This document shows, piece after piece, positions 13,481 through 24,441 of a stretch of DNA of 64,000 bases. Below the pieces are notes generated by a model, which was given only the letters and a program-made list of their open reading frames with translations, was not told where the DNA came from and did not search any database. The position numbers and the translations under genes were made by a program. Position 1 is the stretch's first letter, and every line of letters starts with the position of its first letter. The DNA comes from Octopus vulgaris (taxonomy: Eukaryota): positions 65,100,001-65,164,000 of the forward strand of contig OX597831.1 of assembly GCA_951406725.2 (NCBI GenBank). Direction: 5' to 3'.

Positions 13481-13649
13481 GAGATTCATAGGCTCATAGA
13501 ACAAATGTAACTCATCAGGCATCTCAATATGGCTATCTGACAAGTTCTGTTTGTTATACAAGCCTACAAAACTAAGTTGCACAAAGCTGAGTCAAACTGA
13601 TTAAATAATGCTCATACAATATATATCAAAAAAGTTCTTGGACTACTTG

Positions 13650-14393
13650 GGCGCAGGAGTGGCTGTGTGGTAAGTAGCTTGCTTACCAACCACATGGTTC
13701 CAGGTTCAGTCCCACTGCATGGTACCTTGGGCAAGTGTCTTCTGCTATAGCCTCGGGCTGACCAAAGCCTTGTGAGTGGATTTGGTAGACGGAAACTGAA
13801 AAAAGCCCGTTGAATGTATGTATGTATATATATATATACATTCATCATCATCATTTAACGTCCATTCTCCATGCTAGCATGGGTTGGACGGTTCGACCGG
13901 GTATCTGGGTAGCCAGTCTTATCTGGTAATGCCCTTCCTATATATATATGACTGGCTTCTGTGCTGGTGGCACATAAAAAGCACCAACCGATCGTGGCCG
14001 ATACCAGACCCCTCTGGCACCTGTGCAGGTGGCACGTAAAAAGCACCCACTACACTCGAGGAGTGGTTGGCATTAGGAAGGGAATCCAGCTGTAGAAACA
14101 CTGCCAGATCAGACTGGAGCAGCCCCTGGCTCCCCAGACCCCGGTCGAACCGTCCAACCCGTGCTAGCGCGGAAAACGGACGTTAAACGATGATGATGAT
14201 GTATGTATGTATGTGTGTGTTTGTCCCCCTAGCATTGCTTGACAACCGATGCTGGTGTGTTTATGTCCCCGTCACTTAACTGTTCGGCAAAAGAGACCGA
14301 TAGAATAAGTACTGGGCTTACAAAGTATAAGTCCTGGGGTCGAGTTGCTCCAGCATGGCCGCAGTCAAATGACTGAAACAAGCAAAAGAGAGT
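13650..14393 (+). mobile_element. SINE family 1 with nested inverted retroposon pair (13843-14201)
   Basis: Head and tail of family 1 separated by an insertion in the microsatellite. Confidence 0.8.
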
Positions 14394-14394
14394 A

Positions 14395-15040
14395 CTTATG
14401 TTTAATAACCTTCAAAATAGTCACCTTGTGCTGCAATATACTGGACCCAGCATTTCTTGCCACTTTTTGAATCCAGCCTAGAATTCGACAAAGGTGTTAA
14501 AAATGCAACCTTTGAGCTGCATTTTCATCTTGGGGAAAGAGATGGAAGTCTGCAGGTGTGGAAGCAATACCATGTTTTTGGTGAGAAACTCAAGTGAGGA
14601 GAGCTTGGTAACAGGATGCATTGTTGTTGTGAAGAATCCAATTCTTCACACTCCACAGATCCAGTTGTTTTTGCCAAAAGTCCTTCCTCAGACACTTCTA
14701 AATGTTGATCGTCTTCCAACAACCCTCATACAAAAGCTGATGAATTTTCTCCACATTCCTAGGTGACCTTCATGACAGGCCTTCCAGAGATGTTCTGCTT
14801 CTGAAGAGCCTGTGCCACTTGAAACATTGTGTATGACTCATTGCCTCATTGCTGTAAGCTTGCCAAAGCATGCTCAATGTAGCAAACTCTCCAAATTTAA
14901 TGCAAAATTTCACATTAGCTCCTTGTTCCAACTTCCTGTCCATGACAAAAAATTTTTACAATTTCTCACTAGACACACAATCATAGGCTGCCATCTGTTG
15001 GGATGCTACAGAACTAGTCTGGGAACTTTTTGATACCTTA
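14395..15040 (-). mobile_element. Mariner-like transposon relic
   Basis: End resembles mariner termini (tatcaaaaagttcccagact on -); interior resembles decayed mariner 5' transposase. Confidence 0.5.
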
Positions 15041-15597
15041 TTATATATATATAATTTCAAATGCCCTAACCTCTTAGCATGTTTTTTAAACAAGTCACTA
15101 AGAGAGAGAGAGAGAGGAAGGAAGGAAGGACAAACTGAGACAGAGAGGGAGTGTCTGTCATGTGGGTCTTCTCAAAGCAGAAGTACGAGTTACTGAGAGA
15201 GGAGAAGGGGAGACAAAATATTTCGAAAACAATTGGACGGATTTTCTTTGAAACAAAGTAACTATTTTATCTTAATTTTCCGATCATATGGATAAAAAAA
15301 AATCACAGGGCATGCAACGCATACCTGAGAGTGCACGCTCCTGATATATATATATATAAAACCAAGATAGAGCAGGCTTGAACAACATGCCTAGGACATC
15401 TCAGTATGTCTAGCATGACATCCCCTTCTTTATGTACCTGATATGACAAACTGCATAGGCAGATGCTACACTATTAGATGCACAAAATCCTACCCATAAC
15501 AGACAGTTGCAGGAGGAGTCGGAACGATTGTCATACTGAATAAAGGTGCCAAATGCATCTTCCATTTCCTTCAATCATATTACACATACACACAGAT

Positions 15598-15859
15598 GGT
15601 CTGATCCGGACTGTTGCCATAGTAATGAAGCTAAAGCATGCAGAGTGAGGCTGCTTGGTACAGATTGACCTTGAACCCTGCTGTGCGTGTGCACTAAGTT
15701 TTAACATTCTTGCTCACTTCTGCTGTAAACAGCAGAAGTGAGCTCGAATGTTAAAACTTAATATGCAAGCACAGCAGATTTCAAGGTCAATCTGTGCTTC
15801 ACTTTGCTTGCTTTAACTTTGTTACTATGGCAACAGTTTGGATATTTATTGATCAGACC
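15598..15859. repeat. ~260-bp fold-back inverted repeat
   Basis: Perfect 15-bp core gctcacttctgctgt-aa-acagcagaagtgagc, extending with mismatches to ggtctgatc/gatcagacc. Confidence 0.9.
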
Positions 15860-15870
15860 TCGTATGTATG

Positions 15871-15874
<4 letters not shown>

Positions 15875-15936
<62 letters not shown>
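15875..15936. repeat. (TA)n microsatellite
   Basis: About 30 TA units. Confidence 0.95.
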
Positions 15937-15937
<1 letters not shown>

Positions 15938-16268
15938 CTAGCTATTTGTCAGAAATAAATATTTGCTTTGAGAAAACTAAAAATCAAATAAACATGTTCT
16001 GTACAATTTTATATTCTTTTAGTTTCTATAGACAATGTAATTTATAAATTTTTTTAAAAACTATCCAAGAATCATGTAATTTTTAGTAGGTGGATTTTTC
16101 AAAAATGGAAGAAAAAAAAAATCCAATAATTTTATTTAAGATACTTTATTTCTAAACATACTTTGGCAGAAAAATACAACCTGATATATAAATATTGTTT
16201 ATTGATTTTAAATAAATGAAAAAAATTAGCAATAAATTAGACATTTTAAAATCATTTCCTCTATCTAT

Positions 16269-16504
16269 TTAAAATCCAAGTGTATTTTTTGGTAGGGGCT
16301 TAAAACCAGCAATAGGAGGCATCTCTCCAGAAATAGCTGGACATGCTAGAACCCTTACAGTGTCATTACATTCATTGTTATGACGAACACCACTCATGAT
16401 CACCAAATGATCGCCTTTCTTTATTGTCTTTAATTGTAAGCCAATTCCTATTCCACGATAAATCCTCCTATCCAAATCCACCATAGGATCATCTGCAGCA
16501 GCCT
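16269..16504 (-). CDS. PKM: Putative alternative PK terminal exon B: EAAADDPMVDLDRRIYRGIGIGLQLKTIKKGDHLVIMSGVRHNNECNDTVRVLACPAISGEMPPIAGFKPLPKNTLGF*
   Basis: Acceptor tttttattattgtag, same phase and same first bases (AG) as exon A; aligns to exon A without gaps for 56 aa; intact ORF; AATAAA on - at 16145-16150 and 16131-16136. Confidence 0.75.
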
Positions 16505-19500
16505 CTACAATAATAAAAATCAAATTTTTAATTTTAAAAATAATTAGATCTTTGGAAATACATTCTTAATTCATTTTAATTCTGTCACAATGTCATTTCA
16601 CAAATTCTTCAGAATCCATATAAATAGATTCTACTTTTGTAATTTTTTTTTAACACAAAATTTGTTTACTAAATGTTGAATAAAAACTAAAATCTTTTGA
16701 TATGATTTTCCATTTTTTTTTTTTTTTTTTACCTAATGTAAATACGATTTTGCTACAGAAGTCTATAAACAAATTTATTGAGCTTAACATATAACTACAA
16801 TCAGTGATTAAAAGACATTGCTTTATAAGGCACCAAATTAAAAATTGCTGTAGTCAAGTTTTATAAGAAAAAAAAAAAAAGGCATGTAACAACTTAATAA
16901 ATTTTACATATCAGAGCAGTAAGACTGATTGAGATAGACCATATTCTATACAGTACATGTTAATGCTTTTCTTTGCTCAAATAAAACAAAAAACTAACAG
17001 CAACACTTATTGATTACAGAAGATTGCTTTGTCCAATGATTTTCACCTTATAACAATTTTTTTTAGTCTGTCATTGAGAGTACAAATGTTAACTTAAAAC
17101 CATCTAAGCATGAAAATTAAGATTATACTTTTCAGGAATTAAATGTCATTTCATATGTATTAGAAGAATTCATTTTCCTATCTTAAAATTTTGATTAACA
17201 ATCATTAATCTTAAGACAGTATATAAGTGGTCAATTTTATAGTCAATGGCAGTAACCCTGTCCAATACTGTAAAGAAGCTGTCTTTGTAGAAGGTAACAT
17301 AAGGTCTTCAAAATCATCAAGGAACAAAATAAAGTCATTTTTTTTTTTCTCTAATTTGATATAACTTATATTTAAATATATCAAGGTTAATCATTTGTTG
17401 AAGTATATTGACAGTAAAATAAATTAAAACATTAAAAAGGTGGAAAGTACTACATAAAAAATTTTACATGGTAACATAATACACATGTCAGCTCAAGCAG
17501 CAAAATAGTGACATAAGAGGAACAGGAGAATAACAACCTAACGATACATCAGTCTTAGACAAATTAGATCTTTATAAAAAGGGATTCTTCCTGTAAAAAG
17601 TCCATACCAAATTATATGCATATCAATCTATTTCTCTACTACACCCTTTGGAATTTCTGTTCATAATTTTATTTTTTTCTTCTTAGAACCACTTTTGGTT
17701 TCATTCGTGCCAAGTAGAAAGCTGCTTACTCATAAATATGCTTGCATATAATATATACATGTATACATACACACACAAATCTTAAGTGAATTATATGCAG
17801 AAGTAAACTACCTGAAGTAGTTCTCCAAAAACCACTGAAAGATAAATATAAAAACCAACAAGAACAAGACTAGAAAAAAATAGAAAAGATCCAAGTAAAC
17901 CAGTTTTCTCATAAGAAAATAATGCAACACTTCAATAAGTCTACTGATTGGATGATAACCAACTGTTTATGCAAAATCCAATTAGTAAATGCCCTTGAAA
18001 GAATAAATTCTGAGCTTTTACTAGAGACTGAACCAAGTGTTAACAGGAAAAAAAAAGCTACCAAGGAGTATGGTTCTATAGAGACAGCCACTTAGTATTG
18101 TACTAGGTGAACTTTTCCTTTGAAATTCACATATCTTGATTATGAAACAAAAGTAATAGGTTAGTCTGACTACAAATATTATTCTTAACTATTTCATTTG
18201 TTCTTCATATATGTACTTAATAAGGAGAAAAGTTAAAATTGCTATTCAACTGCACTTTGAAGAAGAGTAAATAAAAATAACTTCAGAAGAGTTTTTGGTA
18301 CAATAACCACCAAAGCTAAATTCTTTTGAAAGGCTCAGTTTTCGAATTTTTGTAATATTGTGTCTGTATCAAACAAAAATAAAAGTTTATTAACTACATA
18401 CAGAATGGAGGTAAGCAAAGACTACAATTAAATTCACCCTAAAAAGTATTAGCATCATCACTTATTTACTACTTTAAAAATATATAAATAAAATACATGT
18501 AATTTTAAAAACAAACATTCTCAATAACTTGTCCAGCCTTTCTACTTCACACCACTTTCATTAAAATGTAAAGCCCTTTCAGTTCTCAAATGAAGAGGCA
18601 AAGAACAAACCACCACTAATGAAACTATTTTCTATCAAAGTCACCGTGTTTTCAGTGTTATAGCTTGAACAATTCTGAAAATGCCATTTCCCAATTTTAC
18701 ATTAACTTACTTTTCTGCTTATTTAACATCAACAATTATTATTATTACTACTATATATGTACACACACACCTGCACATGTGTATTTATATACACACCTGT
18801 GTGGATTACCTTATTCTAGATCCTCACTTAACATGTTCCAAACACCTTTTCAATGAATTCAGCCTAGTTTATTATCATAGAAAGTACCTAATTGAATATA
18901 CTAAAATGGAACTTGTATAGTTAAAGTTCTTTAAAACAATATTGTGTATGTTACAAGATGAAATATTAGTTCACTCATACTTTAAGAATGTGCCTAGCTC
19001 CAACAAGAGTCTACAAGCAACAGCAAAAGCTCAGTTAGAGACATTTTCAATAACATCATCATCATCATCGTTTAACGTCTGCTTTCCATGCTAGCATGGG
19101 TTGGACGGTTTTGACTGAGGGCTGGCAACCAGATGGCTGCACCAGACTCCAGTCTTGATCTGGCAGAGTTTCTACAGCTGGATGCCCTTCCTAATGCCAA
19201 CCACTCCGAGAGTGTAGTGGGTGATTTTTACGTGCCACCTGCACAGGGGCCAGTCAGGCGGTACTGGCAATGACCTTGCTTGAATCTTTTTACACGTGCC
19301 CACCGGCACAGGTGCCAGTGAAGCGACGTTGGTAACCAACAGTACATATATATATATATGAAGATAATTAAAAATTAATGTTTATTAAATATACCTAAAA
19401 CATCAGATATGCATATATTTTAAAAAAATAACCTATAAATAATACATCTTGAAAGACCAATGCCATTAAAAAAAAAACAATTTAAGAAACATTTTGCCAC

Positions 19501-20322
19501 TGTGTCCATGTGTACTACTATCAAAGAAGGATCACCATGAAAGTAAAAATGATAGACAAATGTAAAACAATGATGAATGAGTGAAATGACTTACCAAGAG
19601 ATCCTTACAATAGGTTAGGTATAGATCCAAAACCCAGAACAGCAAAAGATATCTGGTCTTATGAAGTATAATGGAATCAAAAAGATGAGGCAACAAGCAG
19701 AACCTGCTGCATTGTTTTCATTACTTAAACCGGTTTTTCTCATGGAATACAACACTAATAATGGTAGCCATACACGTGGAGCACCAGAAATTGCATACAT
19801 TAGAAATTTTTTAAATATATTAATATTAATAATGAAATTATTGTATACAGTGCTCAGGTGCACCACAACTTGTCAGAAAGTGCATATAAAGTATTAGATT
19901 CAAGCAACAATTTTAATTTGAGAATGTTAATTTTTAGTTTCAAAAGCAATAAAGAAAGAATATTTCCTCGTCTTCAAGAAATATAAAGTAGAGAATTATA
20001 TTAACCAACAGGTAAACATGAAATAATTTACCGTTCTCGAATTCCTTTTTTAAAAGAACTCCATTTACTAACATAAAAAGCCAGAATTTCACACCTGAAG
20101 CTTCAAATTGTCATAAGATTTAATAATCCCACACTACTTTCTTACTCATTGAAAGTCAATAAATAAGAATGTCATAGGTGTATTAGTGAATTTTGAAATA
20201 CAAATACTTGTGTATATATTTCAATTAATTTTTTTTTTAATTAATTCTATAAATCTCAGCTTTTGCACAATGTACATCATAAGTAACATTTGTTAATGAA
20301 TTTCAATTGTATTATCCACACA

Positions 20323-20367
<45 letters not shown>

Positions 20368-22040
20368 TAACTATGTTGAGGAAACACCAACAGACAATTT
20401 ATATCAAGCTTAATTCTAAGTTTAGCATTCATTTTATGTAACAAATAATTGAGGTCCTAATAGCGCCACCATCCATTCCCACTAAGAAACTTACCTCCCC
20501 TTACAAAGTAAAACATCAAAGAATTTCCAAAAGACAAATAAAAAATATACACATAACAGGCATCTGCATAGTTTTTTTCTCCAGAAATTTCCCTCAGACA
20601 CTTGCCCATGGTGCAGCAAAGTGGGATCAAACCCGTTACCATATTGTTGTGAAGAGAATTTAATCTCAGTTATGCTTGCAACCATTTGTTGATGCATTTT
20701 TCCAGTCCACTATATTTACAAAAATTAAAGAAACATTTCAAATTGTTAAAATTTAATTTCTCTTTTACTGACCTAAATAGATGAAGAATAGGTTGGGAAA
20801 AGGAATGTTAGAGACAGCAGAAAATTAAAGCTTTCTGGGTAGACATTGCAGGAAAAAGACCAGTAACCAATTAGTTAACCAAAGTTAAATGTTAGCCAAA
20901 AGCACTTCCAAGCAGAAGGAGGTAGATTTTAAAATGGGATTAAAATTGTCAGTTTCAAAGAGAAAAAAAAAAACGAAATAAATAAGGGATAAATGACAAG
21001 GACGACTAAAAAAGTATTTGCACACATTTATTAACAATTTAACAAACCATTTTAGACACAAACAAATCTACAATTTATTGAAATATTGTATCTCAAAAAT
21101 GAAGATTTCATAAAACAAAGAAAAAATGTCCTAAAACATCAAAATTAAAAACTAAAACAAATAGAAAGTATTCCTACAAGAAAAATCTATGAGTTTTAAA
21201 TATATGAAATAATTAGCTCAACTTATACTTCATATTCAGGAAACGTACTACAATAAATTCTATAACTAAGATATTTTACATTAGATTTGCCAAATATATT
21301 GGGTTATATTTGTCGTATTCAATGAGTATCAACTAAAATATGAAATATTTTTTAGTTTACAAAATTACAAAGGAACCATGTAGCTCAAAATTTCAAAACT
21401 GCATTTTGAAATTTTATAAATTCTGGTCCCAGTTGAAAAAAACAAAAAAAACACAAAAAACAAATGAATCAAACAAATGAAATACTTGCAGGAGTATAAC
21501 ACATTGTAGATTTTGAGTCTTTAAACAGCTTTAAATACAAAATAATTTTGGAAGTTGAACTAATGTTATATTAGAACAAGTTATTCATGTTAACAACTGT
21601 GTTATTTTGCTTCAGATCGTTATTTTTTTCTATTAGACATGATTATTTTTTTTCAAAAATTCTTAGCAATGAAAGTTTCTTGTACAGAAATTTATGTAAA
21701 CCTTCATCTTGAAAGTAAAAACAATGAAATCACCATCGGGATTAGCATAGAAAGAAATGAAAAATTGAGAAACGAAAGCTCCAAGTATTATTATACTTAA
21801 ATATTTTAGATGTTGCTGCAGAAGTAGTCAAAAGGTATTACTAAAATCACTTAATTTTATAGTCACACTTTTCATGGAAAGGATAAGTACATGATTGTAT
21901 TTACTACAAAGTAAGTCCCTATTTAAGACAGGGTAGACATCTGTTATTCTATATAAGAAAAAAAGGTCACTAAATTGAAACAGGAGTTTAGAGTAAGTCT
22001 CTAAAGAACTGGCAACCCAGCATCATCAAAATCACATCGT

Positions 22041-22249
22041 TCAAAAGTGACTGGCCATAATAGGAGTCATTTCATCTCTGCCGGGTGCATTGATAAGTCT
22101 CAGCGTGTTAGTGAAGCCTGAACCAGATTTCCAACCAGTCACAATCACTAGAGGAACTCCCTTGAAGATAAACCCATGGTCATGCCCAGCTTCCAGAGCT
22201 CTCTGAATGCGTTTATCAACATCCTCAGTCCATTGACTGTCTCTTTTCT
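22041..22249 (-). CDS. PKM: PK terminal exon A (canonical FBP site): [69 protein letters not shown]
   Basis: Not in the ORF track; acceptor ttcctacacag, phase 1; WxEDVDxR and GWxxGSGFTNT motifs; TGA at 22043-22041. Confidence 0.93.
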
Positions 22250-24389
22250 CTGTGTAGGAAATTTAAACAGAGCATAAGACCTAGAAATGCTTACAAGTAA
22301 ATGCATTAAGTGTATTTATTTCATAAAATAATCAAATTCATGCAAATATGTATAAAACATCACACAGGCATAAGGAAAAGAAAATAATGGGCAGCACACA
22401 AAGGGTGATGCTAAACAACTGTTTAAGTAGTTGAAACAATATGATATATATAATGTTTCATTAGGTTTTTGTAATTCATCACTTTTCTTTATATTTTCAA
22501 GATTTTAAAGCAAACTTATTTTTTAAAAATCTGGACCTTTTGAAATTGAACTTAAAATTTTATGCAAGATAAATTAAGAATGAAAATAATAATCTTAACT
22601 ATAATAACAGTGATGACAATTGTTGGAATGAAACTAAATGAAGAAATTATAATTATAATTAATTGAAGAAATTATAATTTGCTTTTAGAATAGAAATTTT
22701 ACCAGGAACATGTAGGAGAAATGGAATATCCCCTTACTAATAATATTCTACAAAATAAAAATATATAACTTAAACATTTTTTAAACTGAAATCATTTATT
22801 GAAAATGTTAAAAAGAAAAAACAATGTGAAACAAATATATTACAAACTCTCAAATCAAATGATACACAGCTAATAGCATTTAAATAATATTTTCTCAAAT
22901 TCCTAAAGAATTACCGTGGAAAAAGATAAACATATATTTGGATGTATTAGAAACTGATTTAATGTAACGAAAGTAATAACTTTTCTTTTGAATGTAGCAA
23001 CATTCTACAATGATCAAAATTTAGTTTACTGAACTTGTTAACAATTGATTCAACCAGAACATTAAATGAAACCAAACTTCAAACCTTGTGGTGAAAAGGA
23101 ATTTTTCATGTTAAAGTTCACTTAAGAATGGAAATGAATTGTAATTTTGTAAAGAAATTAAATTCTAAATATATAGTAACCCTTCAACTAATATTACAAC
23201 TCAAGAGAAATGCTAAAATTATGGAGTAATTCCTACAACAAATTGGTTAACTTTTACTTGTTCAAGATTCTTTCCACATTTACTAGCCACTTCCATCATC
23301 CCCTTTACCAATATGAAACTTTATTGAAGCTCATCAATTCGTTTCACCAGCCTAGTGTTATTCAAGTTTCATCACATACCCAAGGTATCCTTACTGATCC
23401 ATGTTGCAATACAAAAAAAGTTCATGATAGGCACTAATAAAAAAAAGTGCCTTTAATGCAATTTGATATTCAAATCTTCCTTCATAAACCAACCAATATT
23501 CCAAGTTCAGACAAGCTAATAAAATACCAAGTTCCAACTAAACATTCTATATTAGGCAGACTGAGGATTCAATAACAAATTGAGTGAACTCAGGTTTTCA
23601 GCCTTCCATGGTGAGCAAGTCTTGCTTGTATAATAGAAAAATCGATATCACCAACAAATTTAATTAAGCTTGAAACTTCTAAACTCATATCTAAGGTAAC
23701 CATTTTGTCAGATCTAATGACTTTATAACAAATTAGTTTGCTTTTACTGGCTTCTAAAAGCAATCATCTTAATAGGGAAAATATCTACACTACAAATGTA
23801 TTCATAAACCTATTTGCCATTAATTAATATTTTTTTCTTAATTACTTTGGTATTTTCCCTGTTTAACAAGACGCAGTGCTTTGTTCACATGCATTTTAAC
23901 AATAAGTTCATTGTGTTAGTGGGTTCTAAAAGTAGTAGAATCTCTAAGAATAAACAAAATTATATGTGTATCTTGCATAGTTTAAGCATTCAACTAAGGG
24001 TTAACTTACCTTCATAATAAATTGGAATAATCCCTCTATACATGTGAGCCTGGCGAGCAACCTGTGCAGTTCTAGTAACAGCCAGGATTGGACAACGTGG
24101 ACGATAGGCAGAAATAAGATGAGCTGACCTAAAAAATGCAAAAAAAATATATAACAAAACTTACAACTGCTACTGATTTTCAAGACACATTTGAATGAAA
24201 AGTTATTGCAGTTCATAAATATATATAGGCGTAGGAGTGGCTGTGTGGTAAGTAGCTTGCTTACCAACCACATGGTTCCGGGTTCAGTCCCACTGCGTGG
24301 CATCTTGGGCAAGTGTCTTCTGCTATAGTCCCGGGCCGACCAATGCCTTGTGAGTGGGTTTGGTAGACGGAAACTGAAAGAAGCCTGTC

Positions 24390-24441
<52 letters not shown>

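Noticed and set aside
22000-22043. Stop-codon readthrough extension of exon A
   Set aside because: TGA is followed by ACG ATG TGA; no readthrough context and only two extra codons.
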